Assembly: GCF_018350175.1 (NCBI RefSeq) | Contig: NC_058368.1 | Location: forward strand, 28,770,001 to 28,834,000 | Origin: Felis catus | Lineage: Eukaryota | DNA length: 64,000 nucleotides | Direction: 5' to 3' | Part shown: positions 13,858 through 27,394 of the stretch, one piece after another | How the letters are laid out: every line of letters begins with the position of its first letter | Numbering within the stretch: the first letter of the stretch is position 1 | Translations under genes and position numbers: made by a program | Notes under the pieces: generated by a model | Databases searched by the model: none | The model's input: the letters and a program-made list of their open reading frames with translations, nothing else | Told to the model about the DNA's origin: nothing

Positions 13858-14054
13858 TTATTTAATTTTGAGAGAGAGAGAGAGACAGAGCGTGAGCAGG
13901 GGAGGAACAGAGAGAGGAGACACAGAATCCCAAGCAGGTTCCAGGCTCTGAGCTGTCAGCACAGAGCCTGATGCGGGGTTCGGACCCACGAACTGCGAGA
14001 TCGTGTCCTGAGCTGAAGTCAGACGCTTAATCGACTGAGCCACCCAGGTGCCCC
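13858..14054 (-). mobile_element. CanSINE with (TA)-rich tail at ~13810-13857
   Basis: Reverse SINE ending caggtgcccc; TSD ca(t/c)agtttata. Confidence 0.95.
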
Positions 14055-14414
14055 TCACAGTTTATATTTTTGATTCAGAAATAAGAAAGTGAAGAATTAT
14101 GTAATTACTGTTAACTAAAACATCTTTATTATAATCTTTTATACATGTATTCAAAGATATTTTTAAACAACAGTGTAGACTAGCTGTGTTTAGGGACATC
14201 TTGGGGTGTGGAAACATCACAGTCACCAATTTCTGACTCTTCTCAAAGAACTTGATTGAGAAGCAGCGTTTGTGGAGGGTAGGTAGCCTGAGAGGTGTAC
14301 AATTGCTACATTCTTATATTATCTCTGCAATATATCCATGTACTGATCAATCCAAACTAGCCCCTTCTCTGTGGAACTTCTTTCACTGATATTTATTGTA
14401 ATGTTTTTGAGGAC

Positions 14415-14615
14415 AACCCAGCTCCTCTGCTTATTAGCTGCGTGTCCTTGATTGGGTAAGCTAACCTCTTCATACCTCAGTTACTTCATCTGTACGATAA
14501 AGGCAATAATTGTTCTTATCTCTTAGGGTTATAAGATTACACAAGTTAATTTATGTACAGTACTTGGCACCTAGTAAGCTCTCCATAAGTATTAGTGGCT
14601 ATAATTATTGTTATT
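14415..14615 (+). mobile_element. MIR
   Basis: MIR core-like cctcagttacttcatctgtacgataaaggcaataat..ggcacctagtaagctctc. Confidence 0.7.
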
Positions 14616-15140
14616 TCTATTTTTAAGTTCTTAACATGTTGTTCTTTATATGATGACCTGACCCATGGAAGAAATTTTCCTCTGTCTCATCACCAAGAAT
14701 TATAGTACTGCTTCTTTTTGGTGTCAATGCTATGGTTATTAGGACTTACATAACTTTTTTTTATGTCACTTGTTTTGTGTGTGTGTTAGATATTAAAAAA
14801 ATTAGATCCGCATTTTAGATTCTTCTTACAATGCATGCTTTGTGTATTATCTTTACCTTTCTTCATTTCATTTTCCCTTGTTTAGTTTTCTGTATCCACT
14901 TATTTCAGATTTTCTAACATACATCATACATATTTTTGCAAGCCAACTTTTAAACACTTTCTGAAATTCTGGGTTCATATATGTGGTGGAAACGTGTATT
15001 TTTAATCTAATTAAAGCTATATTCTATATATACTTTGAATACTACATTTGCAATAATTTTCCATCAGAAAAATTACATATGCTTTTTACTGTAAAATTTT
15101 ACTTGATTATCAATATTTGCATTTCAAGACAGGTAGCTTT

Positions 15141-15322
15141 GGGCTCCTGGGTGGCTTAGCTCGTTAAGCATCTGACTTTGGCTCAGGTCATGATCTCACA
15201 GTTTTTGAGTTCAAGCCCTGCATTGGGCTCTGAGCTGACAGCTCAGAGCCTGGAGCCTGCTTCAGATTCTGTGTCTCCCTCTCTCTCTGCCCCTTCCCTG
15301 CTCACACTGTGTCTCCCTCTCA

Positions 15323-15357
<35 letters not shown>

Positions 15358-15427
15358 GAAGAAAGGAAGAAAGGAAGAAAGAGGAAGGAAGGAAGGAAGG
15401 GAGAAAGAAAGAGAAAAAGGAAGAAAG
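15141..15427 (+). mobile_element. CanSINE whose tail has expanded into a (GAAA/GGAA)n purine microsatellite (15322-15427)
   Basis: SINE body followed by ~105 bp of pure A/G repeat. Confidence 0.93.
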
Positions 15428-18400
15428 ACAGCTCAAATTCCTTTATATGCTGAAAATTTACTATAATATTTTTATATATCTTTCTGAATGATATTATGCC
15501 TTGGACAAGTAATTCTAGTCTTATTCTAGCTCCTTGACACACAGATGCTTTTGGAACTTATTCCATCTAACTAATGACTTACATCCAGGTCTCTCAAGGA
15601 AATGTCAGAAAATTAGCATATATCATTCAAAGGTGCTAAAAACCTTAAGGCATATAATTGCCTTAGGGTTCAGATCCATGTTTTATGATACATTTCATGC
15701 AGTTATGCTTCTCATTGTAATAAAACTTTTTTTTTCAGTAGGGTTTTTCCCTACTGAAAAATGAAAAGAGCAAAATTATTAATAAAAAAAAAAAGCAAAA
15801 TTTCAAGTGACCCAGAATCTTAAGAGATATACGGATGTTTTCCAGGAATCTGAATGAGAAGGTGAAGTGTTGAAGGTTAGACAATGGTAGCTCTAAAGGA
15901 ACTGGATTTCATGTCCTGTTGTTTTAAAATTTTTAAGGAAATGCAGAAAGAGGAAATGGTCCGGGCTCTATGATATCATTAGTACTATTTTTATTCTGTT
16001 AAGTTCAAAAGTTTCAGGGATAAGAAAAATATATGCAAAAACTGGGATATGCATCTTTTTTTTTATTTTATTAGTGTACTTTCAAAATAATCATATGGAG
16101 CAAGTACATTTTCTTTTTTTAATTTTGGCCTTCCACTTGCTTTGGGGATGTGTGAGTAGGCAGGAAGAATAAAGAAATGATATATTTTCAACAATTTCAT
16201 GACCCAGTGTATGTTAAAATAAATACAGATATTATAACAATTTCACAGTACTAAAATACAAATATTCTATGGACCGGAACACTTGAAAATGCTGTTACTC
16301 TATTTTAGAGATTAGCCTGTTGTTGAAATTAATTCATATCACTGAGCAGTTCAGACTATGCTGAAAAAAAGCCTATCAATATAATTAGGTTTGATTAGGT
16401 TGAGTTGGATGAAAGTTCAGCTTTATTTTGGTGTTCTTGCACTCTTGCAAAATCAAAAATAATTTCTGATTTTAACTCATATTATGGAAAGTGGGGACAA
16501 TTATCTCTTTAAGGAAAAGCTGGAATCTCCCTCTTTTCTCCCAGTACAGGCTTTTAATTATGAAAACTAGAAGCTTGTATTAAAAGGAATGTTTTCTTCT
16601 CTTTCTCAGGAGGATTTTTATTTTAATGCGAAGTCATACTAGAAGTGAAGAATGACTCTTTTTTTTGCATAATAGTGTAAGAGAGTTTAGGTGGTAAAAC
16701 TGAAGTGAGCTAGTCTTCCAAGAAATGCCAAGTGTTTTCCATTTTTTTACTCCTGTAAGGATTGAAGAAAGGGAGAGTATTTCTGGTCTGTAGTTGTGGC
16801 TGTCTGGCATTAGCAGCACTGAGCTCTGTTGATCTATGACTGCTCCTTATGTAGCAACAAATAATCTTGTTTTACTTCAGTCAGCGATGGCTGTCTTACT
16901 GGTAAATATTTACTCATTTGAACGAGGCAAGTTTTGGTAGGCATTGAATGAATTAGCAAGATGTGAAAGTATTTTGGAATCCTCATCAAATGAAGCGGTG
17001 CTTTTTTGTAGCGTTCACAGAATGGTGATTGAGGGTATCTTGGTATGAGAGTAAGGAATTTTCTCTACTGAAATTAAAAAAAAAAAAGTTACCAGTTGCC
17101 AGCCTCAGCCACTTAGGAGTCTGAACGTCCCATGGCACCGTCCCATTCCTCACCTCCTTTTCCTGGGCCCACGCAAAAAGACTCAAGAGCTCAAATGGGT
17201 CAGGATACCATCTATTTGCAATATGAAGCTGGCATTTTCAAAATTAACACCCATCCATTCCTTTAAAAATATAGTATCAATGGGATGCCCTCTTCATCCC
17301 CTCTGAATACCAATAGGAACACCTGAAGGAAACAAGGCCTACTCCTTCCTTTTTTTTCCTTCATTTTTTTCACCTCTTAATTTATACTCTTTTGTTACAC
17401 ATTTTGTACGTCCTTGTATAATCTCATAATTCCTACTAGAATAAGAAAGGGGTATAAATAAATAGGATGAGACAGACTTTCACATTGAGTCAATGTTTCT
17501 ATTTTAAAGCAGTTTCCCACTTGAGGGGGCATTTAAGTTACCATGTAATTAATGTTTAATTAAACATTATAAGGTAATGTTATAAGGTGGTGAGCCCCAC
17601 CTTGGATCTGCTGAATCCAGATCTTCAGGGTGAGAGGGGCTTATGCTTATGCTTATGTATTTTCCAAAATTTCCCCCAGCTATTTCTGATATATATCTTT
17701 GACTTAGAAGTACTGTGCTAAGACATGTTTTCTGTTTGTTTTATTCTCTAGAACAATACATGATGTTAACTCTATAGTGAATATTTTTCTGAAATAATTA
17801 TTGCCAAGAATTTTTTTTAATTTACCTATTTTATATTAATTTTAGAAAGATTTATTTGTGTATTTGGTTGTTTTTCAGAATTTGATTATGAAAATGACCC
17901 ACAACGATTTATTTTGATTTGTCCTATTTTTATCCATTTTTTGTTCTTACATGGCATACCCATGGGTAGGAGTGATCTCATTCTCACTCTGAACCGTCTC
18001 AGTAAATGCTGACAATGGTGATCAATTTAGTATTGACTATTGCAACTATCACTGGCTGCATAGAATGCCATGCTCATATAATTTGCATAGAACTTAAAAT
18101 TCATAGTTGAAGAATTAAATGAAGTTAATGAGCTAAGCCAAATTTTGATAAGGTGTCAAAGCCAGACCTTTAGGGCTATGGGGACTTGGTGAGTTTGAAT
18201 GTTACCGTTCTCAAGTGCTTTTATGATTCAGTATAGGCCTATTCACACTTCCTAAGTCAGTACTTTTTTGATAGTGAGAAAACTGAAATGATGAATACTT
18301 ACATTTTCATCTTGGCTTCAGTGTAGATCTGTTGCCATTGTGAATATAAGCAAATGTATTAGTTTTCTGTCTTCTTGAAACTGGAGTCGGATATCAAAGA

Positions 18401-19262
18401 ATTTACAAAAGACTTTAAGTTTCAGGATAAAATCGATCGTAAAAGTTGAAATTTTGTTTGCTATAAGTTGCGCAAAAGTTATCTGAAGGTGATAACAGAA
18501 AGCAAACTATTATCTTCATCATTAATACATGTAAGAAAAAATTATTCATGTTACATGGCACCTCGAATTTTTTAAAGTAAGCAGACATTTATATGCCACT
18601 GCTATTATAGTTTGCTTAAATCTGTTACACTGCTTTAACACAAGCGCATTGCGTGTGTGCTTTAAAGACTTGCTTGTGAGTGCCATGCTATTGTTTGTCA
18701 ATTCCTGTACCTCATCTGACGACTGTCCTCCTCAGCTTCCTCCATTTTCAGACCTCTTTAAATACACTGAGTCATTGTGATGGGTTCCTAGCATGGTTTT
18801 TCAGGAGACTTTAACTATAAGACAATGTACATTATTGATAAGCATCACCTCCCATTGAGTTTGTATGGCCTCTACTTCTTAAAAAGGAATCCACACATTT
18901 TGATCCCTGCAAAAATAAAGCTGATTGAATTGAATTTCATTACAGTCAAGTGGAAATGAATGCCATCTAAATGAACCAAATGAACATTTCAAGGGAGGGG
19001 GGAAATGCTTAATAAGAAGGAGAGGGGGAAGAGCCCTCACTCTTACTATGTTATGTGGATGAGTAACAGGACCAACTTCAAATAACCAGGAGAAGCTTTT
19101 GAATATCTCGCTCTTTACTGAATTGGAGAAGACGACTTCCCAGTTAGAGTGTGGAATGTTATGTTCAGAGAGGTACCTAACTCTAAAGCTAAGTAAGCCA
19201 CCAACCTTAGTTTCAAAACTAATTCTGCGTTTTCTTTGGTGGGTGGTGGCACTTGGTTCCAG

Positions 19263-19423
19263 GATATGACAGCACGTGATCTGCTACAGCAGAGATACAC
19301 TCTTCCCAATGGAGACACTGCTTGGCGGTCCTCACCCCTTGTGAATGCCGCTCTGGAAGGAAAGCTTGTCCTCTTGGATGGCATTCACCGTGTCAATGCC
19401 GGCACACTCGCTGTATTGCAAAG
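19263..19423 (+). CDS. VWA8: VWA8 internal coding exon A (161 nt, phase 0->2): DMTARDLLQQRYTLPNGDTAWRSSPLVNAALEGKLVLLDGIHRVNAGTLAVLQ(R)
   Basis: ttccag|GAT acceptor and AAG|gtttgc donor. Peptide is a MoxR/midasin-type AAA+ segment recognised as VWA8, in frame with the next exon. Confidence 0.93.
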
Positions 19424-20196
19424 GTTTGCGTGAGTCACACACATGCAGAAAAACACACCATGGAAACAGTGGGTGGGGACTCTATCAATCTTTTTAAACT
19501 GGGTTATGTAGAGACTGAGAAACTTAATTCTGTAACCAACCAGAACAGAAGATGTTTCTGTCGTTGTAAACAGTAGCGAAACTTCAAATAATGAACATTT
19601 TGGGAAAAACCACTGTCAGAGCAGCAGTCTCTGTATAAGAGTGGGAAAAAAAAAAGCTGTCAGGTAGTAATTTTGAAAGACTTCGTATATGCTGGTTGAT
19701 ACATGCAATAAGTTACACAGCTGAAGTTTCTACGATTTGTCAGTTACTGCTTCACTGTTTATAAACTCCTTATGAATCATAGATCTAAATTATTCGTTGG
19801 GCATGTTGGAATTTTTTTTGAGAGAGAAAGGGTAGTTCCTTATATAAAATATGTAATAGGTGTTTGATGATATTTTATATAGACTAGAAAACTCACTTTG
19901 TGGTTATAAACTTGAACATTTATGTAACTATTGTTTCCTTATTTCCCTTTAGGTGGGGAAAACATTTCTAATTAACTTCTTTAGAGTTTAATGTTAAGAG
20001 AAAACTTCATGTGTAACTTTCATGGGAAATATGTCTATCCCGTTATTTAAGAAGATGAATGATACCAACTTTTTGTTTATTCTGTCTTGATTCTGTCATT
20101 TGTAGATTTTTTTTAACTATGGCATAAGCCATTTCCCCAACTAAATATTCAAAATTTTTTGTCATATCCTGAGTCTAATTAAAAATTCCAAACATA

Positions 20197-20378
20197 GGGG
20201 TGGCTGGGTGGCTCAGTTGGTTGAGTGTCTGACTCTTGATTTCGGCTCAGGTCATCATCTCCTGGATCACGAATTCAAGCCCCACATCAGGCTCTGCGCT
20301 GACACCACAGATTCTCTCTCCCCGCTCTCTCCCCACTTGCACTCTCACTCTCTCTCAAAATAAATAAATTTTACAAAA
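20197..20378 (+). mobile_element. CanSINE, internally deleted
   Basis: ggggtggctgggtggctcag head, CT tract and tail. Confidence 0.9.
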
Positions 20379-20579
20379 CTTTCCAAAAACATTGTTAGTC
20401 CTAATTAGGTATGAGAGCATTTGAAAATAATAATCACAACCTTTCAGTGATTTGCCATAAATATTCCATAGATTTACAGTATTTTTTTTCTTCTGAACGG
20501 ATAAAATACAGACACAAACAAAATAATAGCCCTCTCCTTTTATTGGTTATCCCTTGCCCTTAGGCCAAGCACTTAAGAG

Positions 20580-20995
20580 GAGTGGCTATGAGTGCTTACT
20601 CTGTACTGGGCATTGTGCCAGGCCAGTGCTTCTCAGGTTCTCAGCCGTAAGCACCTTCCAGGGATGGGGCTTTAAAACTACTGAGGCCTGAGCTCTGCCT
20701 CCTCAAATTCATATATAATCGATCCAGGGTGAGGCCCGGAAATGGGCATTTTCAAACCCTTCCTAGGGGATTCTAATGTGCTGCCAAGATTGACAACACC
20801 TGTCATAGCATCTGCCTTACATTAGGTGTTTACTTTTCACAGCGATACTAGGAGGTTGGTATTATCGCCCTAATTTTATAAAAGAGAAAAATTTAGAGAG
20901 ATGGAGTAGCAGTTCTCCCCCTCCCCAGGCAGCTTATAAGGTGCCGAGCTAGATTTGAACACAGATCTGACTGAGTCTGCTGTCCATGCTCCTGA
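20580..20995. mobile_element. MIR (reverse) interrupted by a MER5A-like element (~20624-20800)
   Basis: MIR-like gagtgcttactctgtactgggcattgtgc and attatcgccctaattttata..gatttgaac. MER5-like cagtgcttctca..gattctaatgtgctgccaagattga. Confidence 0.6.
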
Positions 20996-21644
20996 CCTCT
21001 GCGTTGTGCAGTCTCCCCTCTCCTTGGTGTTCACCGAGTGGAGGTCCTTGTGGGGCAAGTGTAATGCAGGCTTCAGGAGACTTCAGTGGTTGGTGCTTTT
21101 CACCCTCTGCAACATCTGGAAGGGAGTGCTCTTGGTGCTGTGGATGGTCAGGTCACCATCATAGTTTGTAGATAAAGCAGCACCAGTTATTTCATTATAA
21201 AGATCTTTGATATTTTAAAATCCTACAGTTCCAAAGATAGAAATTTTTTGGAAATACTATCCCTTAAAGACTTACATTAGACTCAGAGCATGTACCACTT
21301 GCCTTGGTCATTAATATGCACCTCCTGATGGTCCTGAGTCGCTCATTCGGCTGTTTCCTTGCAGCTCCTTCCTCCTTCCCCTTTCCAGCTTCTCCTCGTC
21401 CTTCTCCTCCCCACTGTCCACATCTCGTAACCATGACGACCGCTCTCCAGCACAGAAACCAATAGTTTTGCCAAGTACAGCAGTACTAGCCAACTTGAAG
21501 TTTCAAAAGGCGCCGCTAACAAAATTGTTAGACTCCATTGCCCATAAGAATAGACATGATTAAAATGTTAGCCGATTCTACCACCTGTAACTTCAGCATT
21601 CAAAACAGATGAATTTGTTCCCTGACTTTCGCCTCTCCCATTAG

Positions 21645-21758
21645 GTTGATCCACGACCGGGAGCTAAGCCTGTATGATGGCTCCAGGCTGCTGAGAGAAG
21701 ACAGGTATATGCGCTTAAAGGAGGAGCTACAACTGTCTGACGAGCAGCTGCGGAAGAG
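21645..21758 (+). CDS. VWA8: VWA8 exon B (114 nt, phase 2->2): (R)LIHDRELSLYDGSRLLREDRYMRLKEELQLSDEQLRK(R)
   Basis: Pyrimidine tract with cattag|G acceptor and GAG|gtaatg donor. Open and phase-compatible on both sides. Confidence 0.95.
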
Positions 21759-22204
21759 GTAATGTTGGGTGCACTGCCCTCGTTCTTGTGGTCAAGTGTG
21801 CCTTCTTTTTATTATCCTTCTAAACCGAGGGCCAAGCCAGGCTAACTTCGAAGAATTTAATAGTTTGTTGTCCTGGGCATGCTCATAATCTGGCATTTCT
21901 GAAAACTTGGGTTTACGACCCAAGGTATGTTCTGACCTCTCAGCCGAACTTTCACCTAAGTGTTTGAACACTTCATAAGATCCTTAGTGCTCAGAAGATA
22001 ACCCCTATTCATTGTCCTGGTGACTCAGTTTTTGTCCGGTACTTTGTTTCCCTTCAGCAAGACAAAAACAAAACAAAAACAACACCAAAAACTCTCGTAA
22101 TTTACTGGGTCCTCCTTCCCAGGAAGTGATGGGTTATTACTGAGGTAAGCCACCTGATACAGGTGTGCCCTTTGTGGCTTATTTATATATTCCCTCCTAG
22201 AAAT

Positions 22205-22655
22205 GTCACAACCAAATGCTATGTGTGAGGCTTACTCGGATCCTGAATCAGGAAATAAAATGGAAACAGCTATAAAAGATACTTCGGGACAATTGGGAAA
22301 GTTAAATTTGAAATATATACTATATCATATTGAATGAATATGAATTTTCTTAGATATCATAATGGTATTCTGGCTATGAAGGAGAATATTCCTCTTCTTA
22401 GGAGATGCACACTGAGATATTGAAGGGATAATGTAAAAAAATGTCAGTGACTTACTTCCTGACGTTTCAGGGGGAAAAAGACATGAACGTGTGTGTACAT
22501 GAACACAACACACACACACAGAGAAAGAACAAGTGGGAATAAGAACACAAAGTGGTAAAATCTTAATAAGTGGTGAAACCTAGGTAAAGGATGTATGGGT
22601 GTTCATATCCTATTCTTTCAAATTTTCTGTGTGTTTGAAAAATTTCAAAATATTT
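22205..22655 (+). mobile_element. Ancient L1 (L1ME/MC-like) 3' end
   Basis: ggatcctgaatcag..ggacaattggg..ggagatgcacactgagatatt..ggtaaaggatgtatgggtgttcat..tttgaaaaatttcaaaat. Confidence 0.7.
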
Positions 22656-23719
22656 CCTCCAACTACACACCACTTTCCTTTAGAGGAGGTTTGGCAAATA
22701 TAAGTTTTCTGTCTCGTTCCATTTCCATGGATATTTTGACATAATTAGAGATTGCTACCTTGGCAAATATGTAGTGACTTAATTGAATCTTATTTAATTT
22801 AAAGCTTCCCCTCCCCACAAAGGGCTTGCTGACATATTGAAAACGTTAAAATTTTACAAATGATAATTAAGCGTGTTTCTTATTGTGTTTATGTTTTAAG
22901 GAGAATTTTGTTCAAAAGTTTTCTTGGAAGTTTTTATAGAGAGGAAATATTAAATTCCTTACTGCTTCTGTGTAAGTTATTAAAAAATGCACTTGATTAT
23001 ACACAGCTATTTATGCTTCTAGGATAGACATCCTTGAACTCCTCTAGCCCAGTGAATAGTTTAGTTGAGTGTCTAGGGAGGTAAGTTTTAAACATTCCTC
23101 TCATTTCATACCTTTTGTATTTTGTATTTTCAGGGAGCTGGATCAAAACAGTGGGGCAGTAGCTCTCTGCAAGCCTGCTTGTCAGGCTCCCTTAGGACTT
23201 CAGGAACATTTGTATTTGTAGTCAAATGTCCAGGAAATGACAGCCCTGTTTCCTGAGAAGGACCCAAGTTCTCCCTGATGGTCACAAGCGGTTTTACAAA
23301 TGAAAACCATTTCAGGAACAGAGTGGCCCTGTACATCATGTTGAGGTTGTGGCTCAGACTGGTCAGTAGGACTTCCTTCTCAAAGTGTCCTATCTTCATC
23401 ACTATTGATTTTCATCACTCCCATGAAAACAAACCAGGCTCAGTTCTATCTCAAGAGGTTTCTGCGAGTAGGTGGAAACAAGTCATAAGAGTGTTGCTTG
23501 GTTTCTGTCATTTACTTTTTATTTTTGTTTGAATTTTGTGTCATTGTTAACCATGCATGAAACTTGAGCCAGATAGTTTTTCAAGGCATCTGACGAAAAA
23601 TACCAGTCCCCTCTCATCGGTCCTCAGACACTTTCCCATTTCCCACACCCCAGAGATTACTACTTCTACTCTGAGCTGTTTCTTCAAGGTACTTACCTCC
23701 ATATCACTAAATAATATAC

Positions 23720-23875
23720 TTTTTTTTTTTTTTGTAGTACAGTTGACACACAATGTTACATTAGTTTCAGGTATCCAACATAGTGATTCCACAAGTTTCC
23801 ATATTATGCTGTGTTCACCACAAGTGTGGGTAGATACTATCTGTCCCCATACATCACTATTGCAATATCATAATG
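23720..23875 (-). mobile_element. Short carnivore L1 3'-terminal fragment
   Basis: T-run followed by ttgacacacaatgttacattagtttcaggt, similar to 1815-1950. Confidence 0.85.
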
Positions 23876-24089
23876 TGCTTTCATTGATACTTCTTTATCT
23901 TGCAGTATTTAGAACTTCACTCAATGTCTGCATTATTATCACAGTATAAGGACTGTATACAGTTGAGTCATTTAGTAAAATACAGTTGTTTTTCCTGTCT
24001 TGCATACATTTTGTTTTTCCTAGAGTTAGCGATTGTATACATATGAAGAGAGGCAGATATGTAGGTAAATAATTACAATGCAGCTTTTT

Positions 24090-24287
24090 TTTTTTAAGTT
24101 TATTTTTGAGAGAGAGAGACAGAGCAAGCAGGGGAGGGGCAGAGAGAGAGGGAAAGAGAGAATCCCAGGGAGGCTCTGCGCTGTCAGCATGGTGCCTAAT
24201 GTGGGGCTCGAACTCACAAACTGTGAGATCATGCCCTGAGCTAAAACCAAGAGTCAGATGCTTAACCAACTGAGCCCCCAGGTGCCC
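24090..24287 (-). mobile_element. CanSINE
   Basis: Perfect TSD attacaatgcagcttttt. Confidence 0.95.
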
Positions 24288-27200
24288 ATTACAATGCAGC
24301 TTTTAAATGTTAGAACAGAGATCTCTACAATAATGCTATGGGAACACAGAGGAGGAAGTGACCCTGTTTTCCATGTATTTATCACTTTTTCATTCCAGGT
24401 ATTTCCCCTCTTGTCTAAATCTCCTCTCGGCGTGTGCAGGCACATCAGGCTTTTATCAGGTTTCCATCTTTTCTTTCGTAGTGCATCCTGACTAGCCCTA
24501 ATCTGGACCTGCTGTCCTTCATACTTACAGCACAAATGTCATGCTAGATCTCTGTCCACTCCCACTTCCCCATTTCCTCCGGTTTCTCCTTCTGCAACTT
24601 TCATCTGTTAGGTGTTGAACCTCTTGGGCTGAACTTTTAATTTTCTCTCTTATGTTCGGCCAGTTTGTCAGGACTTCATTGACTTTTCAGGAGCAAAATG
24701 TCTAGGAGTTGATACTTCTCTGTCTGAAATATTTCTAAGAGTTGAAATCCTAATTCCTTTCCTTATCTGTATTCCTCCTTTTTTTGTTTTGTTTTGTTTT
24801 GTTTTTTGTTTTTTTGTTTGTTTGCTTTTTGGCCTGAGAAACATGCTATTTATTTTCTTATGAACATAAACAGTTTTTCTCTATTTCATTGTTAAAGAGT
24901 CATGTTACAGAATCTTCACTCTGACGGATATGGATTGTTAGTAAATTTCTTTATCTTTTCCTGGCTAAACTTGATTTAATTTTGTGGCCCATTTTTGTCT
25001 TAGTGAGAATAAATATGTTCTCTTTTAGTGTCATAATAGGTTATAATAGGGTAGGTTATAGTATGTTAATGCCGTTGACAGTATTTCTTTCAAGCCTGTG
25101 TTTATTAGGTAGGAAGAGGACAGTTTGACCAAAAAGAATACAGCATAGTATAAAGTGGGAAATTTGTACTCAGTGAGGAAATTGATTTATTTCATGAGTT
25201 GTTCCTATAAGTCATATGACCCATTATCTAGTGTGAGTTGATGTTATATGCTGTGCATATCTAACATGTTACTCTTGGCGTTAGTATTTGAACTCTACAT
25301 GAGAAACTCAGCGTCTGAATCATCTATCCCTTTATTTCTCTACCTAAGCACAGACTTGAAGTTCAGTGAAATCATTATTATATCTGATAGCCTTTAAACA
25401 AGCTCAGCTATGAATGCTTTGTTTCCTTGGGGGATTTTGAGATAGAGGAAGAGTCAATGTAGAATGAAGGGAAGGCAGATTTAAGAGCGTCTTTGCCTCT
25501 GGACCCAGTTTGATAAATTTGGATACCTGTCTCTTTTCAGATAGGACCAATTTTCATATTTGTGTTTAGCAAGACTTCTTTAGTTACAGGTAACAAAAAA
25601 CTTTAAATTTTTGCAAATCATGTGTTCAAAGGAGAGGCAAGGATGCAGTTGGACCTCAGGAAATAACTGCAACCCAGGACTTGAATGTTGCCAGGACATT
25701 GTTGCTCTGTACTTCATCTCTTTGTCTCTAACGTCACAGCACCTGGCACATAGTAGACCACTTAGCAAATGTTTTTGGGCAAGTGAGTAAATCTTAACCT
25801 AGTATAAATTCTAGGAAACTCAAGGTAAAGGTAACTCCATTAATCTAGTTTTAGACAATCTTCTGAGTTAGCAAATGTTTCTGATACCACAGTGGCTAGT
25901 AATTAACAGCTACTAGCAATGGGTTACTGTGCCTGTCAACTTCATAGTGTGAAACCCAGTTTCTAAAGAATTGTACTTGACTCCTTTGCTGACCTCTGTT
26001 GTATTCTAATTCTAATTCTTCATGAAGATCATATGTCTTGATCTGAATGCTCTGCAGGCATTGTCCGCAAGTAACTACATAGCTAATGTGCTCTTAAATA
26101 TGGTGTAAGAAATGTTAGCAACTTTCCTTCCCTTGCTGCAAGACACCAAGAATACAGTGGACGTGGTGGTTAGAAATAGCATGATGGCCACGCACATCAG
26201 ACACCATGCCTGCATTTCTCACAGGAAACAAGGACCAAAATAGAATTGCTTCCTTTGATGAGAAAAACTTCTTTGGGGAAAGGGAGAGTACAAATACTAT
26301 AAGCGGCTAAATATGTCCCTTCCTGCCATCGGTCAGAGCCTAGATGAGGGGGCTGAGAGTTTCTGTGCATTACTAATAGTTTGTTTTGCCAAGAAAGGGC
26401 TTATGGTTATCTCAGGGAAGCAGTAAAGATTAGTGGCCTAGTCTCAGTTATAATTATATATAGTCTGGTGTTTTGCATTTTTATTGAATATTTTATTAGT
26501 ATTAATTATGAGTGAACATCGAAAATGGTTTACAATCTCCAGTTTTTCTAGATCGGTATTGAACCATAACTGGACGTTGGGCGTAATCCTTGATAGATTA
26601 GCTTCTCTAGACCCTTTTATTTTTACTCCTGTGTTAGAAGATAGGTAGGATCTCAGCATTCTCTCCGCCTCCCCAGAAACCTCAGGATCTTTTTAGTAGC
26701 AATGTAGGCCATGTAAATTTTAAAATTCAAGATAGACCCAGGATTTTCTGCCCACATCTTTGTGTTTGATTCTCAGCAGATTCTGATTTTGAAAAATTAC
26801 TGTTTTTTTTTTTTTTATGGTCAAGGAAAAGTTCTAAACTCTGTGTCTATAAAGAATCTAATTATTATTGTATGGTGTGGTTTTGTCCTTTTGATACAGA
26901 GGATGCACCTTCTCTAACATATTCATTCATTTAGATGAGCTGCTCTGCTTTTGGGTAGAAAATCATTATTCTCAGTCCTTATCAATTACCTCCATTGTCC
27001 TTGCCATCAGAGGTCTTCAAAAAGTTTCTTGCTGTGATGGTTCTTAACAACAGTAATATATTTATTTAGTTATTTAGCATCTGCTGTCATTCAAGTACCA
27101 CCCTAGACCTCGTGTGCCATAAAGATGAGCAAGAAATGTGCCCATGCAGTTTGCTACATTGCATCGGGAAAAAAAAGGTGAAATATGGGCTGTAGATAGA

Positions 27201-27394
27201 ACTACATAGCCTGTAGGTTCAGCACTAGTCTTATAGTACAGAAAGCCAGTTACAAGATCCTCCTCTGGTTTATGATTAATGTCTTTATAAAAACCTTCTA
27301 TGTCATTCTTTCAAATTCCTCAATATACACATTTGACAAAAATGTACTGTATAATTTCCTTCCAAAGATTAGACTTTACTGAAGTCTTTCTTCT

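Noticed and set aside
1..19262. Possible further VWA8 exons upstream of exon A
   Set aside because: I found no splice-flanked open segment with VWA8-like peptide. The previous exon is probably outside the window, though a small exon could have been missed by eye.
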